A DNA stretch of 64,000 bases from an uncultured delta proteobacterium (GTDB lineage: Bacteria; Myxococcota; Kuafuiibacteriia; Kuafuiibacteriales; Kuafuiibacteriaceae): NCBI GenBank assembly GCA_963803435.1, contig CAWDML010000008.1:672001-736000 (forward strand), read 5' to 3'. The position numbers and the translations under genes were made by a program. The notes beneath the pieces are model-generated. The model made no database searches, had not been told where the DNA came from, and was given only the letters and a program-made list of their open reading frames with translations. Below, piece by piece: positions 11,036-20,628 of the stretch (positions are counted from its first letter, which is position 1; each line of letters starts with the position of its first letter).

Positions 11036-12373
11036 TCAGTAGGCGTGGCTCGGCAGCCTCCTCGGCGCGACGCTTCCCAGCCGGCGTGGATCCCGCGTCT
11101 CGACATGCCGTTCGTGGCGGATCCCGTGGAGCTCGCGATACGCGGCGAACTGCGGCTCGACGGCTCGCGGGTCCAGCCCGAAGTCGCGAAGCTCGTACCG
11201 GTGCTTGCCGTGCTTGTTCTGCGGATTCGCCGCGAGCGCTCTCACCATGGACGTCGAAGCCTCCTCGCTGAGCGTGCGCCGGATCCGGCGGTAAATCTCG
11301 ACGACCTCCGTCATCGGATCGGCCACCAGGTCGTAGTAGGAGACGTCGACGAACGCCGCAGCACCGTGGCGCGCGCGCGTCGCGGTCGCGCGATCGACCA
11401 TGCGCTGCGTCTTCCGAGCCCACTGCTCTCCGATCTCCGCGGGCTCGACCCGGTCGCTGAACACGCCGCGCGCGTGCGCGATCATGCTGCAGAAGGAGGC
11501 GACGCACTGGAGGGGATCGCGGTGCGTCTGGATGATCGTCGCGTCCGGGAAGATCGCGAGGAGCGTGTCGAGCCACTCCAGGTGGTGCGGTGTTTTCAGG
11601 ATCCAGCGCTCCTTCGCGTGTTGCCACTCAAGCAGCTGGAGCATCTTCCGCAGGTAGGCATACGCGGGGGTTTGGTCCTGCTTCTCCAGCCAGGCGGCAT
11701 ACGTGGGCACGCGGAGCGTCGCCACCGCCACGGTGCTGAGGAACGAGTGGTCGAGGAGAACGACCTCTTCATCCGGCGCCTCCGCCTCGACGGAGTGTAC
11801 GGCGCAGAAGTCGGGCGCCATGTAGTGGAGCCCCCGCGCTTCGAAGGCCGCGCGGCCGATGCGCGGATCGCGTCCCGCGAACCAGGAGTGCGCGGGTGGC
11901 ACCGGCCTCAGCGCTTCCCAGGAGAGCAGCGCGCGCAGTCCGGGATCGGCGGCGAGCAGGCGATGAAGCATTGTCGTCCCCGCGCGCTGGAGTCCGACGA
12001 TGAAGACCGGCGCGACGATCGGCTGCTCCAGGATCTCGGGATGGCGCTCGAACATCGCCTCTGCACCGAGGCGATTCGAGAGCGCCCCCACCAGCCCGCG
12101 CCGCACCATCGCCGCGCCGACGGGGCTCAGCGCCGCCTCGCGGTCGATCGAATCGACCAGCACGCCGAGAGGCTCGCGGAAGGACTCGTCGCCGAAGCGC
12201 ACCAGGCCGGTCCGGGAGCGAGCCTCGGCGATCAGCGACTCGACGGTGAGCGTGCGAGCGCCGACCCGCATGCGCGAGAGGGCGCGCCCCACGGCGTTCG
12301 CGGCGGCGAGCGGCCATGGCCGATGCGGCCGCGTGTAGTCGACCGAGGTCACGCGATCCGTCGCCTTGGTCAT
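11036..12373 (-). CDS. Sulfotransferase family protein
   Basis: PAPS loop PVFIVGLQRAGTTMLHRLL, WILKTPHHL, IQTHRDP, SYYDLVADP. Confidence 0.85.
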   Translation of the reverse strand: MTKATDRVTSVDYTRPHRPWPLAAANAVGRALSRMRVGARTLTVESLIAEARSRTGLVRFGDESFREPLGVLVDSIDREAALSPVGAAMVRRGLVGALSNRLGAEAMFERHPEILEQPIVAPVFIVGLQRAGTTMLHRLLAADPGLRALLSWEALRPVPPAHSWFAGRDPRIGRAAFEARGLHYMAPDFCAVHSVEAEAPDEEVVLLDHSFLSTVAVATLRVPTYAAWLEKQDQTPAYAYLRKMLQLLEWQHAKERWILKTPHHLEWLDTLLAIFPDATIIQTHRDPLQCVASFCSMIAHARGVFSDRVEPAEIGEQWARKTQRMVDRATATRARHGAAAFVDVSYYDLVADPMTEVVEIYRRIRRTLSEEASTSMVRALAANPQNKHGKHRYELRDFGLDPRAVEPQFAAYRELHGIRHERHVETRDPRRLGSVAPRRLPSHAY

Positions 12374-12682
12374 GGACCTCGGGGTTGTGAACCGCGCGAG
12401 CTCCCGAGTTCGGTGGTGGTCGCTGATCATGCCGTGCGCCACTCCACGCTTCGCGCCAACCCAGGGAGGATTCGAGATTTCGGAGAACGACTCCGGCGCT
12501 CTGTCACCTCGGGCCCTCACACCGGGCTACGAGGGACTCAGCGGCGGCCGGCGACCGCGCGGGTTATCGCTCGCCTTGGAGCGGTCGCTGTGTACTGAGG
12601 ATCCGGCGCGTCTCCTCGGCGGATTGTCGCGGCCCGTGGATCCCGCTCGACGAGCGACCGATCACTCGCCTATCGGATCGGC

Positions 12683-13159
12683 ATGAAGATCGACCTATCC
12701 GCCGTCCCCGTCCGATCCGGGACGGGCTACCCGAAGCGCTTTCACCATGTCCGGGGCGACATCGCGGCTCGGTCCTGGCAGGCGGTCGGCGACGCGGCCG
12801 GACTCACCATGTTCGGCGTGAACCGGTGCGTCCTTCCGCCGGGCGCGGTCTCGTCGCTGCGCCACTGGCACACGCGCGAGGACGAGCTGGTGGTCGTCCT
12901 CGAGGGTGAGCTCGTGATGGTGACCGACGAAGGCGAGACCATCATGCGTGCCGGCGACATCGCGGGCTTTCCGAAGGGCCACGAGGACGGGCACTGCTTC
13001 GTCAACCGCTCCGACCGGGCCGCGACCTTCCTGGCCATCGGCAATCGATCGCCCGACGACGAGTGCTTCTACTCGGACGTCAATCTCCGCGCCGAGTCGG
13101 AGCGGCAGGGCGGGCGCTACGTGTCGAGGAGCGGTGTGCCGTACGACGATTGTCCTTGA
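12683..13159 (+). CDS. Cupin domain protein
   Basis: SSLRHWHTREDELVVVLEG and GHCFVN cupin metal-binding motifs. Confidence 0.85.
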   Translation: MKIDLSAVPVRSGTGYPKRFHHVRGDIAARSWQAVGDAAGLTMFGVNRCVLPPGAVSSLRHWHTREDELVVVLEGELVMVTDEGETIMRAGDIAGFPKGHEDGHCFVNRSDRAATFLAIGNRSPDDECFYSDVNLRAESERQGGRYVSRSGVPYDDCP

Positions 13160-13340
13160 GCGGAGCGGCCCGAGCTGATCCCCGCGTGCGTCGCCCTGTA
13201 TTGCCTCGAGAGCGGCCGGCGGCTGCTGAACAAGCTCTGGAACGCGAGCTCGAAGCGGCGAGCGCGCTCGAGGTCGAGACCGTGGTCGGAGACGACAGGG
13301 GCTCGAGCGATAGCGCCTGAGCAGCGCGGGGCCGGGACGA

Positions 13341-14285
13341 TCAGCTGCCCGCGAGGGTTCGAATCAGCTCTTCATACGGGGCGACGCTCTCCGGATCGTA
13401 GCGCATTCCTGCGAGCAACGATGCCAGCGCCATGAGTTTCGGGGCGGTCAGGGCGGGGAGTGCGCTCATCAATCCGATGAAGCCGGCGTATGCATGGGCC
13501 TCATTCCAGACCGCGGCGCGAGGCAGGTGCCTCGAGAGGACGAGGAGCTGCACGGACAGGTTCTCCAGGCCGGTCAGGTAGGCCGTCGACAGGTCGGCCG
13601 ATCCGGGCGCGAGAGACGCGGGAGGGGCGCGCGTCTCGAATCTGGCCTCCGACGCGAAGCGCTCGAAGAGGCGCCGCTTGGCTGCGAGGGCGAGCTCGTG
13701 CGGCGTCGTTCCCCGGAGCGCGAGCGAGCGGGTGGTCTTGGCCTGAAGATCGTGCACTGTGAGGGTCGCGGTCGAGTCGCCCCTGACCAGGCCGGTGACG
13801 GCAAAGCGACGATCGGCCGGACAGAGCTCGACCAGCTGGTCGCCGCTGGGCGCCTCGCGCCAGCGCACCAGGCCTCGATCGGGGACGACCGGCACCACCG
13901 TCACTGGCTGGGCCGTACTCTCCAGTCGAAACGCCTCCGCAAGGTAGAGCGGCACGCCTCGAACGAGGGCTCCCGGAGCTGTCTCGGTCTGTTCTGCAGC
14001 CCAGGCAAAGAACGCGATGGTCGGCCCATCGCCTGCGTTGGGCAGGGCGGGTGCTCGCGCACCGAGCCCTTGGCCCCAGAGCGGCGCGGCGATCGCGATG
14101 CCGATGGCTTCCTCGACCGCGCCGCCGTCCTCCACCAGGCCCTCTGCAGCAGCCCGGTTTCGAATCTCTTCGATGGCGGCGGCGAAGCGACCGGCTTCGA
14201 GGGGTGCCAGCGCTTCCAAGAGTGGGTGCATGCGGTCGATCGCTTTTCCAAGGGCGTACGAACGGGCCACCGCGAGCCCGACCAC
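13341..14285 (-). CDS. Hypothetical protein; N-terminus probably disrupted
   Basis: Long ORF with protein-like composition; no recognised motif. Confidence 0.45.
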   Translation of the reverse strand: MVGLAVARSYALGKAIDRMHPLLEALAPLEAGRFAAAIEEIRNRAAAEGLVEDGGAVEEAIGIAIAAPLWGQGLGARAPALPNAGDGPTIAFFAWAAEQTETAPGALVRGVPLYLAEAFRLESTAQPVTVVPVVPDRGLVRWREAPSGDQLVELCPADRRFAVTGLVRGDSTATLTVHDLQAKTTRSLALRGTTPHELALAAKRRLFERFASEARFETRAPPASLAPGSADLSTAYLTGLENLSVQLLVLSRHLPRAAVWNEAHAYAGFIGLMSALPALTAPKLMALASLLAGMRYDPESVAPYEELIRTLAGS

Positions 14286-14670
14286 CGGCCCATGGCGCGT
14301 CAGGTCGAAGTGATCGCCGACGAGCTCGGCGACGTGACGGTCGAACCCGCGATCGATCTCGCTCGACGTTCCGGATCTGGTCTACATCGCGCAGGGCAAT
14401 CACAGCGAGGATGCGGAGCGGCTCGGGCTCGTTCTCGGAGCGCGCCGGCCCTGCTCGCCGGGCGTTTTCGAGCTGAAGGCGATCCCAACAAGGTCTATCG
14501 GCGTTTCATCGCCATCGTGCAGTCCAGGGCACGGATCTTCTTCGCACCGTCGCCGGCGTCACAGCCCCGCAGGCGGATGTCACGCCCGGGCGCGGATACA
14601 GCGTGCGCGCGATCGTGGCGCGCCGGTCGACACCGACGTTCGGAGGATGCGACGCGACGTGCGCCGCCGT

Positions 14671-14697
14671 GCGATGCATGACGCCGTCATGCATCGC
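14671..14697. repeat. Perfect 12-bp inverted repeat covering the esterase start codon
   Basis: GCGATGCATGAC-gcc-GTCATGCATCGC. Confidence 0.7.
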
Positions 14698-16410
14698 GTG
14701 CTCCTCGCCGCCCTCTCGATCACGGCCTGCAGCCTCGAAGCGCCGCCGGCCGGCGTGGCGCCCGTCGACGCCGGCGTCTCACCGCCAGCGACGGATGCGG
14801 GCATGGTCGCGAGCCCCGATGCGGGCACGGTTGGACCCGAGGCTTGCAGCGTGAAGACGGCGCCCGATCCGATGACCGTCGCCATGCGCCGCGGGCTGGT
14901 GCGCGGCACCGCCGAGGGCGGTACCGTGCGCTTCGCCGGCATCCCGTACGCGGCCGCCCCGGCTGGCGAGCTTCGCTTCCGCGCACCAGAGCCTCGCGCG
15001 TGCTGGGACGGAGTGATGGACGCAGGCACCTACGGGAACATCTGCCCGCAGCCGGGGCTCGCGGGCGGCGTCACCGGAGACGAGGACTGCCTCAGCCTCA
15101 ACGTCTGGACGCCCGCCGGAGCGCTCCGCACGAAGGCGAAGGCCCCCGTGGTGTTCTGGATCCACGGCGGGGCGAACATTCTCGGCTCGTCCGCTCAGGA
15201 GACCGCCGGCATCGCGTTCTACGACGGACGCACGTTCGCAGAGACCCAGCACGTGGTGGTGGTCTCGGCGAACTATCGCCTGGGTGCGCTCGGGTTCCTC
15301 GTCGATCCCGCGCTGGCGGCCGAGAACGATCGAGGCGCCTCCGGGAACTACGCGATCCTCGATCTGATCGCGGCGCTCCAGTGGGTGCAGGACAACATCG
15401 AGGGGTTCGGGGGCGATCCGGCGCGCGTGATGGTGTTCGGGGAGTCGGCCGGGGCGTTCAACACCTGCGTGCTGCTCGGCTCCCCGCTCGCGAGCGGTCT
15501 GTTCGCCACGGCGCTGATGGAGAGCGGCGTCTGCCGCCAGCCTTCCGCCTCGTGGTACGAACCGATCCATCGCCAGGTGGTGGACGCGCTGGGCTGCACG
15601 AACGCGTCCGACGTCGCGGCCTGCCTGCGCCAGGTCGACGCCGACGAGCTGGTCGCCGTGGGCGCGCCCGGATTCGCGAACGTCCTCGACTTGGTGGCCG
15701 CCGCGACGAATCCCGTCGCGGTCGATCCCGACAATCCGAGCGCGCTCCCGTTCGCAGCCAACGTCGACGGCTGGGTGCTGCCCGTGGCGAGCATCGAAGC
15801 GATGGCGGCCGGCATTCACAACGACGTCCCGTTCGTGATCGGCTCCAACGCCAACGAGCACGACCTGTTCGTCCCGCTCACTACCGTCGTCACCTGCAGC
15901 GAGTACGAGGGCTACCTGAACACGATGTTCCCCGGATTCGCCGCCGAGGTGATCGCGCGCTACCCGTGCGCTAGCTTCCTCACCGGCCGTCTCGCCTACG
16001 CGCAGGTCCAGACCGACATGTTCTTTACCTGCGCCACGCGCGCCGCCGCCCGCGCGGCCAGGAGTGGCTCTGCCAGCCCGGTGTTTCGGTACTACTACAC
16101 CCACACGCGCACGCTGGGGGGGCTCGCCGCCCTGCGCGCGGCCCACTCGCTCGAGATCCCCTTCGTCTTCGGGTCCGTCGGCACGAACGGCGACATCGCG
16201 ACGCCCTCGGAGATGCGGCTCTCCGACTCGATGATGTCGTTCTGGGCGAGCCTCGCCACCCGCGGCGATCCGAACTCGCCGGGAGGAAGCGCCTGGTTTC
16301 CGTACGAGATCGAGCGCGACAACGCGATCGTGTTCGACGATACGCTCACGTCGATCGAAGCGATCGAGGCGGACAAGTGCGACTTCTGGGACTCGAAGCT
16401 GCACTACTGA
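14689..16410 (+). CDS. Type-B carboxylesterase lipoprotein
   Basis: Lipobox SITAC; GIPYAAAP, EDCLSLNVWTP, WIHGGA, NYRLG, catalytic GESAG, AAHSLEIPFVF. Confidence 0.9.
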   Translation: MHRVLLAALSITACSLEAPPAGVAPVDAGVSPPATDAGMVASPDAGTVGPEACSVKTAPDPMTVAMRRGLVRGTAEGGTVRFAGIPYAAAPAGELRFRAPEPRACWDGVMDAGTYGNICPQPGLAGGVTGDEDCLSLNVWTPAGALRTKAKAPVVFWIHGGANILGSSAQETAGIAFYDGRTFAETQHVVVVSANYRLGALGFLVDPALAAENDRGASGNYAILDLIAALQWVQDNIEGFGGDPARVMVFGESAGAFNTCVLLGSPLASGLFATALMESGVCRQPSASWYEPIHRQVVDALGCTNASDVAACLRQVDADELVAVGAPGFANVLDLVAAATNPVAVDPDNPSALPFAANVDGWVLPVASIEAMAAGIHNDVPFVIGSNANEHDLFVPLTTVVTCSEYEGYLNTMFPGFAAEVIARYPCASFLTGRLAYAQVQTDMFFTCATRAAARAARSGSASPVFRYYYTHTRTLGGLAALRAAHSLEIPFVFGSVGTNGDIATPSEMRLSDSMMSFWASLATRGDPNSPGGSAWFPYEIERDNAIVFDDTLTSIEAIEADKCDFWDSKLHY

Positions 16411-16432
16411 CGCGATCGAGCCCAAGATCGAG

Positions 16433-16864
16433 TCACGCGCCGAAGAGACAGCGCCACACCGACGCAGCGGGATCGTGTCGGATCCACGCCGCCGCCTCTT
16501 CGAGCTCGGGCGCTCGCAGTACCCGCACGCCGTGTTCGGCCAGCACGTCCTCGATCGTGCCCACGAGGTCGTGCGTGGGGTCATCGCGGGTGGGTTCCGC
16601 ACCGCGATCGATCGCGGCGTACGGTCCGAGATACGAGAGGTGGAGCCGCACGCGATCGTCCAGCACGATCTCCTCGGAGATCCGATAGTCGCTCTGGGTC
16701 CCCGGCTTCTGGCGGAGACCGGCGCGCTCCAGGTCGCGGAGGATCGCCTTCAGGATCCGGTTGTCGGGGTCGTACTCCCAGCGAATGGCGCGATCGCCGA
16801 GCGGGCTCTCGAGCGTCCGCCGCGGGTAGTAGTTCACGATGATGCGCTCGAGCTCGCCGTCCAT
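16433..16864 (-). CDS. Small hypothetical protein (immunity- or chaperone-like), paralog of 24113..24559
   Basis: Shares YPRR, YDP, SEE, LSYLGP, ELEE, WIR and VW.CLF with its paralog; starts 2 nt after the upstream stop. Confidence 0.75.
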   Translation of the reverse strand: MDGELERIIVNYYPRRTLESPLGDRAIRWEYDPDNRILKAILRDLERAGLRQKPGTQSDYRISEEIVLDDRVRLHLSYLGPYAAIDRGAEPTRDDPTHDLVGTIEDVLAEHGVRVLRAPELEEAAAWIRHDPAASVWRCLFGA

Positions 16865-16866
16865 GA

Positions 16867-19800
16867 TCAGACCGGCTCGCCGAGCGGGACGTGGTTCAGC
16901 CCGCCGTCGGGGACCACGCTCGGCGGGGTGCGTGGCGCGGCGGTGGGGCAACGCTTGCCGTCTCTCATCTCGTACGTCTCGGTGCCGTGCTCCTCGCGGA
17001 GGATCGCACCGTCGCGCGGGAGCGGGAGCACATGGTCGAGCACGCCCGGCTCGACCTCGACGACCGCGTTCCAGTCGAATCCCATCCGCTCGAACGTCGG
17101 AGGATCGGTGACGTGGAACTTCGCGCCGCCCCTGATGACGTAGATCTCGCCGCGATCCTGCGCGCGGACCAGGGCATCATCGGTGAGCTTGGCGAGCTCG
17201 GAGGGCGAGGGCGGCGCCTTCTCTCCGATCCCGAAGCGGCCGTCGGTCGCGGCCCAGCCGTTCTCGAAGCTCTGCGTCCACAAGCCGCCACCGTCGTCCC
17301 GGGCGTGCGCCAGCGGCCTCCCGAGCTCTCGCGGATGGGCGACCCACGCGTCCAGGATGCGGCCGGCCATCCAGTGGTCGTGTCCGTTGAACTTGACCCA
17401 GCCCAGATCGTTCGTCGATCCGTGCTCGAAGTCCTGCTGCCAGACGCCCTGCGCGTCCTGATACGCCTCGTTGATCGGCGCGCCGAGCGCGAGCGGTGCT
17501 TGCAGCCAGGCGTCGAGCTTACCGAAGCACAGCCAGTGCTGGTGATCGCGGAAGTAGACCTGGCCGTCCTGGCGCACCCAGCCCCGCTCGAACTCCTGCG
17601 TCCACTGTCCAATGTGGTCGGGCACGGTGGCATCCCCCACCGGCCGCCCGAGCTGCTTCGCATACTTCAGGGACGACTCGAGCAGCCGGCCGTCGGTCCC
17701 CGACTCGACGCGCACGTCGGTGAACAGCACGTTGCCGTCATCGCCGCTGAACGCGATGCCGCCGAAGGGCGCACCGGAGGCGCCCAGGAGATCACGCGTC
17801 AGGTCGAGGCGGACGTCGATCCACTCGCCCACGGGGAGGTTGAGCGCGTTGCCGACGCGGCCCCACGGATAGTCCGGCTTGACCGTCGCGACGCTGCCCC
17901 CCTCGAAGCCCCAGCGGTGCTCCCAGTCCCCGATCAGCGTCTGCAGGACGAGCTGCGCTTCGGTCGACTTCAGGAACAGCTTGAACCGGATCGCCCGCAC
18001 GCCCCACGGCGTATCGCCGGCGCTGCCCATCGTGCGCGTGAAGTGATTGTTGCCGGTGGGACGGAGCCCGTCAGGCTCCGTGAAGGGCGCACCGCCCAGC
18101 CATTCGGTACCCTTGCCGTCGAGGTGGTGTACCAGCAGGAACGGCGAGCCGATCCAGGACGCGTAACCGTCGAGCTTCACCTGCCCGTATTCGTTGACCG
18201 CGCCCTTGGTGAACCGCTGGTACGCAAAGCCGCTCGGAGCCCGGGCCATCTCACCGATCGGCGCGCCCAGGTGCTTCGCGTAGCGGAGATAGGTACGGAG
18301 GATGTCGCCCTTGAGCGGCGCCGCTGAGGACCCGCCGGTGGCCTGGGCCTTGGCCCGGGGCGGGCCCGTCTTCTGCGGAGGCGGTGGGGGCGCGCTCTCC
18401 GGCTCGAGCTCGATCTGGTTCGAGACCACCGCGCGGATCCGAGCGATCGACGCGTCCTTGCCGAGGAGCGCCAGCATGTGCTCGAGGGGCATGCCCTCAC
18501 CGGCGCCGGTGAGCGCCCAGGTGAGCGCGTTAGCGTAGGCGGGGAAGCTGAGCTGCTCTCTCCGATTGAGCTCGGTCAGCCTCTCCCGCACCTCGGCGAG
18601 GGTCCAGCTCCTCAACCCCTCGAGGTGATCGGCGACCGTACCGAGGATGCGCTTCGTCTCCGGGGTGAGGAGCGCCTGGGCGCTCCGATCGCCGTAGCGT
18701 GGCGTCTCCAGGACGAACCGTCCCATCGCGATCGCCTCGCCGTACGTGGAGGCGCGGCCGCGGACAGTGTGAACCAGCGCCGCGGAGGCGGCGGGCGAGA
18801 GCGAGCCCATGAGCTCCGGATCGAAGGACTCGAGCACCTTCCTGAGCCGGGAGGGATCGAGCTCCGCGATGTACCTCTTGTTCCGCTCCAGCAGATCTTC
18901 GTAACCGATGCGCGTCGGCGTCTTGCTGAAGCCGAACCGGTCGAAGGTCTCGGCCAGCTCGTCGAGTGTCTTCAGGCGGCCGTCGTCTCTTCCCGCGCGC
19001 GTTCCCAGCCGCGCCAGATGGTTGACCAGCACCTCGGGCGCGATCCCGAGCTCCTTCAGCGCCAGGACCGAAGCCGCCCCGTTGCGTTTGGAGAGCTTCT
19101 CGCCGCCTTCGTCGCCGAGGATGTGCGGGACATGGAAGAACTCGGGCGGCGGCTGGCCCAGCGCGCGGTAGATGCAGAGCTGCCGGGCGGCGTTCAGGAG
19201 GTGATCCTCTCCGCGGACCACGTGCGTGATGTTCTGCTCGATGTCGTCGACGGTGTTGGCGAGGAGGAAGGTCGCGGTGCGATCCTCGGGACGCGCACCG
19301 GCGCGGAGGATCACGAAGTCGCGCATGCCGTCGTCATCGAGGAGGCCCACCTCGAGCGATCCCTTGGCCCGATCCTCGAGGACGATCGTCTCTTGCTCCG
19401 GCATGCGGAACCAGATGGCGCCGTTCTTCTCGTAGGCGTGCCCCGAAGCGATCAGCTTCTCGGCCGCCTCCCGGTAGAGCTCACCGCGCCGCGACTGAAA
19501 CTCCACCTCGTCCTTTTTCCACTCGATCCCGGCGTACTCGAGGGCCTCTTTGGCGGCTTCGACGTACTCGGGTCGCGAGCTGGCGCGATCGGTGTCCTCG
19601 AAGCGGAGCAGAAAGTCGGCGCCGAGCTGCTTGGCGAGCCGATAGTTCACCAGCGCCATCCACAGGTTGCCCGGATGGAGGAGGCCGGAGGGGCTGGGCG
19701 CGACCCGGAGCCGCGGCTTTCGAGCGGGCGCGCTGTCGCCTCTGAGCTCGCGGAGGCTGGTCTCCTTCGTGCGCCGCGGCTCGGTGAGCACGAAGCGCCG

Positions 19801-20628
19801 AAGGCGGCGGTCCTTGGGCGCCTCGAAGCGATCGAGCTTCGGGGTGTCGAGCTCGATGCGGACGCCTTCGGACGCGTTCCACAGCAGGCGGCCGCGCTCG
19901 AAGGTCTGCACCATGTCCCCCGAGACCTTGCGCTCCTCGCTCGTGGGCAGGCCCAAAAGCTCGTACGGCGGGCGCCCCTTCGTCTCTCTGAGCTGCGAGG
20001 GGGCGTCGTACACGAGGGCGAAGCCATGGTTCACCTGGAAGCTCTGTCCGAGGCGCGGGTTGTAGCACCAGAAGACGTCGCCCCAGTCGGTGGGCGGGCC
20101 GCCGGTGGTGCGCTGCCGTTGCTCGTCGCTCTGGCGGACCTGCGCGACCAGCCACTCGCGGATCTGGTCGCCGTTCCACCCTTCGCCGCGCTTCGCCTGG
20201 GCATGTCCGAGCCAGACCGCATGTCCGATCGGATCGCTGGGACGCCCGAGCTCCGACCAGTAGACCGACTCCACCAGCGTCTCGAGCGACGCGTTTCCGG
20301 CGAGGCGCGCGAACTCCTCGCTCGTGCGGACCTCGCCCACCATCGTGGCGCGGGCGGTGTCTGCGTCGAGGCCCGAGAGCCTCGGCCCCCAGTGCGCCAG
20401 ATGTCTCTCGAGCGGCCCCTCCTCGACGCGCGCGAGCTCGGAGAGATAGACGGAGCGGATCAGGGCGGGCAGGTCGACGTCGCCGTCGCAGCGCTCGCCG
20501 CCCCGCGAGCCGGGCATGCGTCGGATGGTGCCGCCGTCGAGCCCGAGCGTCTGGTTGAAGGCGAGGGCCGGGAGCGCGTCGCCCGCCGGTGCGAGCCGAG
20601 CCTCGCGGATGACCTGCAGCGCGTCCAT
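16867..20628 (-). CDS. Multidomain protein: 2x DUF4214-like, LGFP-like, glutamate--tRNA ligase domain, LGFP-like repeats, beta-sandwich, C-terminal repeat
   Basis: GluRS motifs RVAPSPSG.LHPGN, RFEDTD, QSRR, VDD, HVVRGEDH, KLSKR at about 18430-19720; repeats LG.P...QxFExG; ATG overlaps the upstream TGA. Confidence 0.85.
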   Translation of the reverse strand: MDALQVIREARLAPAGDALPALAFNQTLGLDGGTIRRMPGSRGGERCDGDVDLPALIRSVYLSELARVEEGPLERHLAHWGPRLSGLDADTARATMVGEVRTSEEFARLAGNASLETLVESVYWSELGRPSDPIGHAVWLGHAQAKRGEGWNGDQIREWLVAQVRQSDEQRQRTTGGPPTDWGDVFWCYNPRLGQSFQVNHGFALVYDAPSQLRETKGRPPYELLGLPTSEERKVSGDMVQTFERGRLLWNASEGVRIELDTPKLDRFEAPKDRRLRRFVLTEPRRTKETSLRELRGDSAPARKPRLRVAPSPSGLLHPGNLWMALVNYRLAKQLGADFLLRFEDTDRASSRPEYVEAAKEALEYAGIEWKKDEVEFQSRRGELYREAAEKLIASGHAYEKNGAIWFRMPEQETIVLEDRAKGSLEVGLLDDDGMRDFVILRAGARPEDRTATFLLANTVDDIEQNITHVVRGEDHLLNAARQLCIYRALGQPPPEFFHVPHILGDEGGEKLSKRNGAASVLALKELGIAPEVLVNHLARLGTRAGRDDGRLKTLDELAETFDRFGFSKTPTRIGYEDLLERNKRYIAELDPSRLRKVLESFDPELMGSLSPAASAALVHTVRGRASTYGEAIAMGRFVLETPRYGDRSAQALLTPETKRILGTVADHLEGLRSWTLAEVRERLTELNRREQLSFPAYANALTWALTGAGEGMPLEHMLALLGKDASIARIRAVVSNQIELEPESAPPPPPQKTGPPRAKAQATGGSSAAPLKGDILRTYLRYAKHLGAPIGEMARAPSGFAYQRFTKGAVNEYGQVKLDGYASWIGSPFLLVHHLDGKGTEWLGGAPFTEPDGLRPTGNNHFTRTMGSAGDTPWGVRAIRFKLFLKSTEAQLVLQTLIGDWEHRWGFEGGSVATVKPDYPWGRVGNALNLPVGEWIDVRLDLTRDLLGASGAPFGGIAFSGDDGNVLFTDVRVESGTDGRLLESSLKYAKQLGRPVGDATVPDHIGQWTQEFERGWVRQDGQVYFRDHQHWLCFGKLDAWLQAPLALGAPINEAYQDAQGVWQQDFEHGSTNDLGWVKFNGHDHWMAGRILDAWVAHPRELGRPLAHARDDGGGLWTQSFENGWAATDGRFGIGEKAPPSPSELAKLTDDALVRAQDRGEIYVIRGGAKFHVTDPPTFERMGFDWNAVVEVEPGVLDHVLPLPRDGAILREEHGTETYEMRDGKRCPTAAPRTPPSVVPDGGLNHVPLGEPV

